64,000 nucleotides of DNA, taken from positions 178 to 64,177 of the forward strand of contig JBGOZX010000006.1 of assembly GCA_041480425.1 (NCBI GenBank), read 5' to 3'. A program made the position numbers and the translations under genes. The notes under the pieces are model-generated. The model saw only the letters and a list, made by a program, of their open reading frames with translations, was not told the DNA's origin and searched no databases. Shown in pieces: positions 40,654-48,900 of this stretch. The stretch is from Bacteroidia bacterium (GTDB lineage Bacteria > Bacteroidota > Bacteroidia > Bacteroidales > VadinHA17). Position 1 is the stretch's first letter. Every line of letters begins with the position of its first letter.

Positions 40654-41688
40654 ATGGCAGAAGAAGAAATAGTTGACCAGCAGGAACTTTATGAACATTA
40701 CAGGTTTAAGATCGATCCTGGACAGTCATCGCTAAGGATAGACAAGTTTCTGTTTCCCAGACTCGAAAACACCTCACGGACACGGATTCAGAATGCCGCC
40801 AATGCGGGCAATATCCTTGTAAACAACAACCAGGTCAAACCAAATTATAAGGTTAAACCTGGTGATATTATACAGATTGTTCTGCCTGCACCTCCCAGAG
40901 AGATAGAACTGATCCCCGAAGACATTCCGATATATATTGTCTATGAAGATGATGATATCGTCGTAGTAAATAAACAGCCAGGTATGGTTGTACATCCGGC
41001 ATACGGAAATTATACAGGGACTTTGGTAAATGCTCTTATGTGGCATTTTAAAGATCTGCCATTGTTTCAGACAGGTGAACTCCGGCCGGGGCTGGTGCAC
41101 AGGATTGATAAGAACACTTCGGGTATTCTTGTTGTAGCTAAAAATGAATTATCACTAAACCGCCTTTCGAAGCAGTTTTACGACAGGACTACGTACCGCA
41201 AATATACTGCTCTGGTTTGGGGAATTCCTTACCCACCCGAAGGAACTATAACAGGTAATGTAGGAAGGAATATCAAAGACAGGAAGATAATGCAGGTTTT
41301 TCCGGATGGCAGTCAGGGGAAACCAGCAATTACACATTATAAGGTCATCGAGGATCTGGGTTATATTTCAATTATTGAATGTAAGCTGGAGACGGGTCGG
41401 ACACATCAGTTAAGAGTCCATTTTAGCTTTATTAAGCATCCTCTGTTTAACGATGATGAATATGGTGGTGATCATATACTTAAAGGGACAACATTCACAA
41501 AATATCAGCAGTTTGTAAAGAACTGCTTTAAAATACTGCCACGCCAGGCACTGCACGCTCGATCACTTGCATTCGACCATCCTTTATCGGGAAAAAGGCT
41601 CTCTTTCGATTCAGAACTCCCTGACGATATGCAACAGGTAATCGAAAAGTGGAGAAAATATATTTCCGGCCGGGATTCAGTAATATAA
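40654..41688 (+). CDS. rluD: RluA/RluD family 23S rRNA pseudouridine synthase
   Basis: S4 domain, VVNKQPGMVVHP, HRIDKNTSG, LETGRTHQLRVH, QALHA. Confidence 0.95.
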   Translation: MAEEEIVDQQELYEHYRFKIDPGQSSLRIDKFLFPRLENTSRTRIQNAANAGNILVNNNQVKPNYKVKPGDIIQIVLPAPPREIELIPEDIPIYIVYEDDDIVVVNKQPGMVVHPAYGNYTGTLVNALMWHFKDLPLFQTGELRPGLVHRIDKNTSGILVVAKNELSLNRLSKQFYDRTTYRKYTALVWGIPYPPEGTITGNVGRNIKDRKIMQVFPDGSQGKPAITHYKVIEDLGYISIIECKLETGRTHQLRVHFSFIKHPLFNDDEYGGDHILKGTTFTKYQQFVKNCFKILPRQALHARSLAFDHPLSGKRLSFDSELPDDMQQVIEKWRKYISGRDSVI

Positions 41689-41725
41689 ATAAGATTTATT
41701 TAAAAGAAAGTGAATCATATTATTA

Positions 41726-41807
41726 TATAGAGTTACACAGAGAAGACGCAGAGAGCCACAGAGAAAATCCTCTGTGAAACTCTTTGATTTCTCTTTGGTC
41801 CTCTATG
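41726..41807. repeat. Mirror array of CRCAGAG-like heptamers
   Basis: TATAGAG/CACAGAG/CGCAGAG/CACAGAG (spacing 10,11,10) faces CTCTGTG/CTCTTTG/CTCTTTG/CTCTATG (spacing 10,11,10). Confidence 0.7.
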
Positions 41808-41861
41808 CAACTAAAAATTAATTTTAAACAACTGACTCTGACTCCAATAAGAAATACTGCG

Positions 41862-42686
41862 TCACCAGCTTCCTCCGGCGCCGCCTCCACCGAAGCTGCC
41901 TCCGCCGAAACCACCGAAGCCGCCACCACCGCCTCCTCCAAATCCTCCTCCACCGGAAAATCCGCCCCAACTTCCACTATGACGGTTACTTCCAGAATTC
42001 ATCATTGTAAGTAAAAGCCATAAGGGCAAACCCTTTCGACCTATATTTTTCTGGTTCGATCCTCCGCTACTGCGGATAAACATTATTACAATCAGAAATA
42101 TTATAAAAAATATAATTGGACCAATACCCTTAAAATCATTTTTCTTCGATTTACCGTACTGATCAGCAGTGAATTCTCCCCGGGCGAGTGATATCAGAGT
42201 ACTTGTTGCCTTGTCAAGTCCCCTATAATAATCCCCAGCTCTGAATGCCGGTAGAATCTCATAATCAACTATTTCAGCACAAATAAGATCCGGGATAACC
42301 CCCTCCAGTCCATACCCTTGTGCAATAAAGACATCTCCTCTGGCCGATTCGCTGGTTTTAGGTTTAACAAGGATAAGGACGCCGTTATCAAGGCCTTTCT
42401 GACCTATTCCCCATTTTTCAGCAAGTCGCTGCGCATAATCCGACTTATCATATCCCTGAAGATCAGATACAATGACAATGGCAATCTGTGTTGATGTGGA
42501 ATCATTGAATGCAACAAGCTTCTGTTCCAGAGCGTTAGCCTCCCGGCTGCTGAGTAATCCGGCAAAATCATTGACAAGACGAGGAGGAAAAGGCTTTTCC
42601 GGTAAATCCTGTGCTACACTTTTACCTGATAAGAAAATGACCAGAAGAAGCGCAGTTAAAAATATTGACATTATACTGTTTTTCAT
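41862..42686 (-). CDS. TPM domain protein (YgcG-like) with Gly-rich tail
   Basis: LVNDFAG, TSTQIAIV, WGIGQKGLDNGVL, GYGLEG, TM helix, GGFGGGSFGGGGAGGSW. Confidence 0.93.
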   Translation of the reverse strand: MKNSIMSIFLTALLLVIFLSGKSVAQDLPEKPFPPRLVNDFAGLLSSREANALEQKLVAFNDSTSTQIAIVIVSDLQGYDKSDYAQRLAEKWGIGQKGLDNGVLILVKPKTSESARGDVFIAQGYGLEGVIPDLICAEIVDYEILPAFRAGDYYRGLDKATSTLISLARGEFTADQYGKSKKNDFKGIGPIIFFIIFLIVIMFIRSSGGSNQKNIGRKGLPLWLLLTMMNSGSNRHSGSWGGFSGGGGFGGGGGGGFGGFGGGSFGGGGAGGSW

Positions 42687-42696
42687 CTGGTACTTT

Positions 42697-43146
42697 TTAA
42701 TCAGGGTCATCAAAAGATATTTCATCCGGCAGTTCATTGACATCATCCTTCAAGTGCGGAAAATGTTCCTTAAGCTGGCTCCCGGCAAGAAGTATGCCTT
42801 CGACAAGTCCCTCAGTGAATTTTTCATCCCTGAAATGTTTCTGAAGAAGATCTTTTGCCCTATCCCAGAAGTCCTTTGGCACCCTTGCATTAATACCTGC
42901 ATCTCCAATAATAGCAAACTGCCTGTTCTTTATCGCAAGATAAAACAGAACCCCATTGTGTTCATCAGTTGAATGCATCCCGATCTTTTTAAAAATCCAG
43001 GCGGCTCTGTCGAGGACATTTCCGGAAAGACGGGTTTCGATATGAACCCTTATCTCTCCTGAAGTCGCTTCCTCAGCCTTTTTTATTGCGGTACTTATCC
43101 GTTCCTGTTGCTCTTCTGTAAAAAACGTTGAGGCTTTTATTTCCAT
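42697..43146 (-). CDS. TPM domain protein (short)
   Basis: AEEATSGEIRVHIE, NGVLFYLA, IIGDAGIN, NELPDEIS. Confidence 0.9.
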   Translation of the reverse strand: MEIKASTFFTEEQQERISTAIKKAEEATSGEIRVHIETRLSGNVLDRAAWIFKKIGMHSTDEHNGVLFYLAIKNRQFAIIGDAGINARVPKDFWDRAKDLLQKHFRDEKFTEGLVEGILLAGSQLKEHFPHLKDDVNELPDEISFDDPD

Positions 43147-43160
43147 ACTTTATGGTAGAA

Positions 43161-43763
43161 TTAAAACTTAACTTCCGGAGCTTTGTCAGCGCCCTCCATT
43201 GATTCGAAATATGGTTTGGCTGTGAATCCGAACATCCCTGCAATAAAAACCTGGGGGAATCTTTTAATATAAGTATTAAATGACTGAGCCACCTCATTGA
43301 ATTTTCTTCTCTCAACAGAGATCCTGTTTTCTGTTCCCTCAAGTTCAACCTGAAGGTCCCTGAAATTCTGTGTTGCTTTAAGCTCAGGGTATTTCTCAAC
43401 GACAACCATAAGCCTTGACAGAGCCGAACTTAACTCACCCTGTGCTGCCTGGAACTGCTGCATGTTTTCTGCAGTCATTTTCGTAGGATCAATGGTAACC
43501 TGAGTAGCTTTTGCTCTGGCTTCGATAACCCTTGTAAGAGTCTCCTGCTCAAAATTTACTGCACCCTTAACAGTATTTACAAAGTTCGGGATCAGGTCAG
43601 TTCTGCGCTGGTACTGTGTTTCAACATTTCCCCACTGGCTTGTAACTGACTCCTGCATGGTCACCATTCCATTATAGACTTTTGAACCCCAGAGGACAAT
43701 GGCAAGTATAATAAGTGCCAGAAATCCCCCTATAATAACTGTAATTAAACAACCTTTTTTCAT
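43161..43763 (-). CDS. lemA: LemA family protein
   Basis: YN...W..VETQYQRRTDLIPN, EKYPELKA, LEGTENRI, FP. Confidence 0.96.
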   Translation of the reverse strand: MKKGCLITVIIGGFLALIILAIVLWGSKVYNGMVTMQESVTSQWGNVETQYQRRTDLIPNFVNTVKGAVNFEQETLTRVIEARAKATQVTIDPTKMTAENMQQFQAAQGELSSALSRLMVVVEKYPELKATQNFRDLQVELEGTENRISVERRKFNEVAQSFNTYIKRFPQVFIAGMFGFTAKPYFESMEGADKAPEVKF

Positions 43764-43846
43764 TTTTATAACTTTAAAAAATTTTATCAAAGGTAATATA
43801 TCACATTGATAATTCCACGTTTGATTCTTAACTAAAAAACATTGAT

Positions 43847-43982
43847 CCGTAGAGCGCTAAGTTTTCGCAAAGCACGCAAAGGAATTTTGGCATTAGTTAT
43901 AACATCCGGATTCAATTATACTTTTTTGTACTTTTTTAATTTCCCCTTTGCGATCTTTGCGTCTTCTTAGCGATCTCTGCGG
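43847..43982. repeat. Mirror array of CGCAAAG-like heptamers
   Basis: CGTAGAG/CGCTAAG/CGCAAAG/CGCAAAG (43848-43881) faces CTTTGCG/CTTTGCG/CTTAGCG/CTCTGCG (43946-43981) across an AT-rich spacer. Confidence 0.75.
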
Positions 43983-44046
43983 TTAATGGATTTATTTGAT
44001 TTAAATTCGCATTATTATAAATTTGAGATGACTAATTAAACGACAA

Positions 44047-45015
44047 ATGAAGACTATTGCAATAGTGGCAGGAGGTGATTCTTCCGAATTTGAAGTATCG
44101 GTTAAGAGCGCCAATGAAGTTGGTAAAGTACTATCCTCCAGATATATAGTTTATATTATCATGATCAGAGGTATCAATTGGTACTGGGAAGATCAGAAGG
44201 GACGTTATTATAATATTGACAAAAACGATTTTACTCTTGCGGTTAATGATTCGAAGATCAGGTTTGATGCAGTATTCATTGCTATTCATGGCACACCCGG
44301 TGAGAATGGACTCCTGCAGGGATACTTTGACATGATGGGGATTCCCTACACTAGCTGCAATGCTTTCTGTTCTGCTCTTACCTTCAATAAGCACGCAACT
44401 AAATTGTTTCTTAAAGAATATAACATCCAGATGGCTGAAGCTATCCTTATCAGGAAAGGCGAAACAACAGACCCTGGTTCAATTATGAGGAAAACAGGGC
44501 TTCCATGTTTTGTAAAACCAAACGACAGCGGCTCAAGCTTCGGGGTAACCAAGGTGAAAAAGAGAGGAGAATTAATGCATGCAATCGAAACTGCTTTTAA
44601 GGAGAGCAATGAAGTGATGATCGAAGCTTTCATGAAAGGACGGGAGGTGGCATGCGGTGTTGTAAAGACTAAGAATAAGAAGCTGGTTCTTCCTGTTACA
44701 GAAATAATCAGCAAGAATGAGTTTTTCGATTATAAAGCTAAATATACACCCGGCAGATCTGATGAGGTTACTCCTGCTGATATGCCTGAGATAATTAGAG
44801 ATGAGATTCAGAGACTCAGTTCGCTTATTTCCGATCTGCTTGGCTGTAAGGGAATTGTGAGGGTTGACTTCATTGTTGTCAGTAATAAGCCATGGTTCCT
44901 TGAGATTAATACTGTTCCCGGAATGACACCAGAAAGTCTGGTTCCAAAACAGGCAGAAGCTGCTGGAATAGCTCTCGAAGATCTTTATTCAATGGTAATT
45001 GAGAATCTGTTCTGA
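44047..45015 (+). CDS. ddl: D-alanine--D-alanine ligase
   Basis: GGDSSEFEVS, IHGTPGENG, FVKPNDSGSSFGV, FFDYKAKY, RVDF, EINTVPGMT. Confidence 0.97.
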   Translation: MKTIAIVAGGDSSEFEVSVKSANEVGKVLSSRYIVYIIMIRGINWYWEDQKGRYYNIDKNDFTLAVNDSKIRFDAVFIAIHGTPGENGLLQGYFDMMGIPYTSCNAFCSALTFNKHATKLFLKEYNIQMAEAILIRKGETTDPGSIMRKTGLPCFVKPNDSGSSFGVTKVKKRGELMHAIETAFKESNEVMIEAFMKGREVACGVVKTKNKKLVLPVTEIISKNEFFDYKAKYTPGRSDEVTPADMPEIIRDEIQRLSSLISDLLGCKGIVRVDFIVVSNKPWFLEINTVPGMTPESLVPKQAEAAGIALEDLYSMVIENLF

Positions 45016-45070
45016 ATAGTTGCAGAGGACTCAGGACGCAGGGTATAAAACCCAGAGCTCTGTACCGATA

Positions 45071-46471
45071 TTATTTGTTCTCTCTGGCTTTCTTCAGTGC
45101 ACTGGTTGTAGTATAATATTTCGTTATCATACCCGGTACTTCCCATTCAGGCAATTTGCCAGCTTTCAAATATTCGAGAAACCTGGCGGTAACCTGTCCG
45201 AAATGCTCCTCATGACTTACCCTGAATTTTTTTGGAATATTTATTCTCAGTGTTTTAGCATCAACTGATTCAATCTGGAGACTATCATAAGGCAACTCTC
45301 CAATTACTGCTTTCAGTTTTCCAGTGAAATCATTCATTGATAATCCCTTAATATTCTCTATATAAAGTGTCGGAAGAAACTTCTCTTCTGCTCCCTGCTT
45401 TATAATGAGATCACATTGCGTGCCGTGCATTACAGAATAGTGCGTATCGCCGCTACCGGGAGGAGCCTGGTATTTCCATTCCACAGATACTTTGGCATAT
45501 ACACCTTTTATCTGGTAAATCATCTCACCATTTGAAAAAACATTCAGTTTCCCGTCTTTAACATCTTTCTGAAGATAATCAGGGAATTCATCAAAGCCTG
45601 TAACTCCTTTGAACTCATCCTTCGAAATAACAGTGGGCCATCTTCTGGCTCCGATCATGGAAACATCTGATGGATTCAATATCTGTTCCGGAAAACACTC
45701 CCACTGAACGAGATCAACCAGATGTGTCGTTACATCAACAATCCCTTCCCCCTGCTGCCCGACATCAAAAAACCATGCAGGACGAAGCAGTGGACTGCCC
45801 GAAACGATCTTTGAAAAGTGGTGGACACTAACTTTAGTGACAGCCGGCTCTTCTTTGCTTCCGCTATTCAGTTTACCAAATATTTCCTCTTTTTGTGACA
45901 GCATTTTCTGAAGAATAGTTGTCACTTCAAAACGCTCTGTCATAATATCGTACAGCAGAATACCCTTCTCTTGCGCTACCCTGAATGCTTCTTCAAGTTT
46001 TGGGAAATCTTCCGGTAAAATAATCATTGGTTTATCGGCCAGAACATTCAGTCCTGCAGCAATCGCTTTTGTAATATATTCTGCCTTTTTCCTGTTATTA
46101 CCGGATAAGACAACAACATTGCCTGCTTTTTCAGCAAGCATCTTTTCAAAGAAATCCCTTCCTGTATAAACTATTTCGTTCCATGCAGTAGGGTTGGACG
46201 CCCTGGTGTTATACGATTTTATCCTGTCGAGATGTTGCAGATAGTCAGGACCTTCCGGAGCATAAACATGCACATCTGGAGATACCTGGTCATACATTAT
46301 TTTCTGAACCAGAGCAGCATGAAAATGGCCCGGGTCAACTGTGATTAATTTTACCTGATTCTGATTTTCCATTGAAGCATCGGATTTACCTGATTGTTGT
46401 TTTGAGCCACCTGATCCGCAAGAGGACAAAACCAGAACAACCGGAAGTATTGTTAGAAGTAGTTTTTTCAT
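45071..46471 (-). CDS. Lipoprotein oxidoreductase, Gfo/Idh/MocA-like with a putative oxidoreductase C-terminal domain
   Basis: Lipobox LSSC, DPGHFHAALVQK, NVLADKPM, DIMTER, GIVDVTTHLVDL. Confidence 0.75.
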   Translation of the reverse strand: MKKLLLTILPVVLVLSSCGSGGSKQQSGKSDASMENQNQVKLITVDPGHFHAALVQKIMYDQVSPDVHVYAPEGPDYLQHLDRIKSYNTRASNPTAWNEIVYTGRDFFEKMLAEKAGNVVVLSGNNRKKAEYITKAIAAGLNVLADKPMIILPEDFPKLEEAFRVAQEKGILLYDIMTERFEVTTILQKMLSQKEEIFGKLNSGSKEEPAVTKVSVHHFSKIVSGSPLLRPAWFFDVGQQGEGIVDVTTHLVDLVQWECFPEQILNPSDVSMIGARRWPTVISKDEFKGVTGFDEFPDYLQKDVKDGKLNVFSNGEMIYQIKGVYAKVSVEWKYQAPPGSGDTHYSVMHGTQCDLIIKQGAEEKFLPTLYIENIKGLSMNDFTGKLKAVIGELPYDSLQIESVDAKTLRINIPKKFRVSHEEHFGQVTARFLEYLKAGKLPEWEVPGMITKYYTTTSALKKARENK

Positions 46472-46512
46472 TGTTTCAATATTTCGTTTAGGTAGTAATA
46501 TTTTCCTTTAAA

Positions 46513-47778
46513 TCATTTACTTATTATTTGCACTACCGGGGGATACGCAAAATCATTCCAGATTCTGTCAGCTATCGATTTATCAATCTTACCGTCATAA
46601 ACCAGCATCCTGTACTTTAACCGGTAGACATTACCCGGATTCAGAACCCACTCTTTAAGTCTTATCGGGCAGAACTCAAAATAAACATCTCCCCTTCCGC
46701 TATTGGCATCAATCGGCCATACACGCATTGGTTCAGGATGTTCCCTGTTGGCAGGGTGTGAGAAGAAAACAATCCCTGAATTCCCGTTATTCTTAAATGC
46801 ACCATTCAGGTCGGTCCAGCGTGCCCTGCTTCCATCAGCATCAAGTCTCGTCTTACCTTCAGATGTCAGGGCCGTGCTGTTATCTTTTGTCCACTCCTCA
46901 TTTGCCCTGATTCCAATCCCGCCGCCGTAACGGTAAGCTTCAAATATAATTGGAGAATTGCCGGCTACCGAAAGAAAAGTAGTAAGATCAACCAGGTATG
47001 CTTTTAGCCCGATCAGCGGTTCAACATTCCAGGCTCTTACATCCCAAACTTCATTAATAGCAAGCTCATCAGGTGTTTTACCCTGAAAGTCAATATGCTC
47101 CTGTTTAACCTGGAAACCCCCATAAACCGGACCATCTACAATTGAATTGATCCCTGTAAATTTAACGGTCCCCTGTTTCTCATAAAGATTCCAGAAATCA
47201 GTTACGTGATCACCAATCTTAACCCTTGTCCAGGGATTCCATATTCCAACATGATGATAATGGTCAGGAGGGTTGACTCTTGTAAGCACATTTCCTGAGG
47301 GAGAAAAGAGAGGATGAATGAATCCGTTCCTCTTATATATGGTATCAACTCCTGAAGGCGGATAAAGGATTGTAGTCTGATAATGCAAGATCTCTGATTT
47401 TCCTTTCTTCAAAATAATTTCTTTTGAATTTACTTCAGCGGTAATTTCGTTCCGGGAAGGATGATCAGGAATTTTGTACAGATAAAACTCTCTTTTCTCT
47501 CCTGATTCTGTTGTACCGTCCAGAATAAACCATAATTGCGTTGTATATCCGGATTCAATCTGGTAAGGTTTTTCGGTAAATTGTCCATTAACCTTCTCAA
47601 ATAGTTGAAATGAAATTGTGTCAATTTTTGTGATACCTTCCAGATTGAGATCAACAGGTGTGTTAATCCTTTGATAGGCACCAGACTCGACTATAAAATG
47701 CAGAACCTCAACCTTTTGAGATATTGAAGGAAGTGCAAATAAGACAAAAACAAAGAAAGCAGTTAAATAATGTTTCAT
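46513..47778 (-). CDS. Exported DUF6807 ('PmoA-like') protein
   Basis: Signal peptide; FIHPLFSPSG, PPDHYHHVGIW, YGGGIGIR, SHPANREHPEPMRVW. Confidence 0.7.
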   Translation of the reverse strand: MKHYLTAFFVFVLFALPSISQKVEVLHFIVESGAYQRINTPVDLNLEGITKIDTISFQLFEKVNGQFTEKPYQIESGYTTQLWFILDGTTESGEKREFYLYKIPDHPSRNEITAEVNSKEIILKKGKSEILHYQTTILYPPSGVDTIYKRNGFIHPLFSPSGNVLTRVNPPDHYHHVGIWNPWTRVKIGDHVTDFWNLYEKQGTVKFTGINSIVDGPVYGGFQVKQEHIDFQGKTPDELAINEVWDVRAWNVEPLIGLKAYLVDLTTFLSVAGNSPIIFEAYRYGGGIGIRANEEWTKDNSTALTSEGKTRLDADGSRARWTDLNGAFKNNGNSGIVFFSHPANREHPEPMRVWPIDANSGRGDVYFEFCPIRLKEWVLNPGNVYRLKYRMLVYDGKIDKSIADRIWNDFAYPPVVQIISK

Positions 47779-47785
47779 AAAAATA

Positions 47786-48823
47786 TTATTTTGAGCACTC
47801 TTTTACAGCATCAATGAAGGCCAGTATGTTCATGTCCGTAACATCGGGCGGCATACCTCCTCCTGCCGACCAGATAGTCCTGTTATGATCTTTGATTTCA
47901 TTAAAAGCCTTTTTCACGGCCCTGTTAACCTCTTCAGGGGTACCTGCAGCCAGAACATCCCTTGGGGGAATATTTCCGACAAGCACTACCTCCTGACCTG
48001 AGAGTTCACGAATCACACCAAGAGAGTGTTGAAATGAAAAATTGAACATATTTACACCCATCTCTTTTAGAAATTTTGCAGTAATCAACCCTTCGGCATC
48101 ATTATGAAGAAACCTGACTCTGGCACCTGTGGTTTCGAATATTCTTTTGAAATAGGGTATTACAAATTCATTGAATTCAGTTTTCCCGACAAAACCCATA
48201 ATATCATCAAGAATAAGAATTCCGTCAATTGATGGAAAGCACTCTTTTTGCCAGGACAGCCAGTCGCAGATAAAATCAGAAATTTTTTTCAGCAGTTTAT
48301 GGGAACCGTCGGGATTGAGTGCAAGAGCCATCATAAACTCTGTGGTTCCCATCAGAAAGCTTGCAATATTAAGTGGACCGCGTGCAACAGCAAATCTCAC
48401 CTGGTGGTCAGCCCTGTTAATTGCTTTCTCATTATTTCTCAGTCTGCTGATCATAAATGGTAATAAACCATCTGTCCTGACGTTGGGTTGGGGCAATCTG
48501 TCAATTTCTGAAATATCAGTAATTATCCTTTCAGCATAAGGCAGGTTATTTTCCAAAAATATCATTCGTGAACCAAATGCAGACGGTTCAGTGCACATTC
48601 CATATTCTGACCAGAATCCGGGCATGAACCATACTTCAGGAAAGGTGTTCATGGCTTTAAGGTTCGATTTTAACCAAAGGTCATCAGACGAATAAAAGTC
48701 AATCTTTGATATTCCGTACCAATCCGGTATCCATGGGCTGTCGATAATAAAACCAACCGGTTGATAATTAAGCTGTTTGCCTTCAATTAAAGCAATAAGA
48801 TCATTCCATGAAGAATTTCGCAT
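47786..48823 (-). CDS. Uroporphyrinogen decarboxylase-fold (UroD/MtaA-like) protein
   Basis: RGPLNIAS..MG, ILDD, GNIPP..VL..GTPEEV, AGGGMPP...N. Confidence 0.8.
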   Translation of the reverse strand: MRNSSWNDLIALIEGKQLNYQPVGFIIDSPWIPDWYGISKIDFYSSDDLWLKSNLKAMNTFPEVWFMPGFWSEYGMCTEPSAFGSRMIFLENNLPYAERIITDISEIDRLPQPNVRTDGLLPFMISRLRNNEKAINRADHQVRFAVARGPLNIASFLMGTTEFMMALALNPDGSHKLLKKISDFICDWLSWQKECFPSIDGILILDDIMGFVGKTEFNEFVIPYFKRIFETTGARVRFLHNDAEGLITAKFLKEMGVNMFNFSFQHSLGVIRELSGQEVVLVGNIPPRDVLAAGTPEEVNRAVKKAFNEIKDHNRTIWSAGGGMPPDVTDMNILAFIDAVKECSK

Positions 48824-48900
48824 AATGAAGCCAGTTTATCTCGGTTATTAGTTCAGAATATAAATTTGATAATTAATTTCAAGAAAAAAAAATTTAATTT

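Noticed and set aside
41723-42972. Ala/Ser/Glu-rich ORFs of 76-166 aa
   Set aside because: Alternative-frame readings of the TPM genes and their Gly-rich tail.
45016-45065. Weak heptamer periodicity after ddl (ACTCAGG ACGCAGG...)
   Set aside because: Too degenerate to support as a repeat.
46513-47778. Methane monooxygenase PmoA
   Set aside because: Soluble exported beta-rich protein of the misleadingly named family; no TM helices and no pmoB/pmoC.
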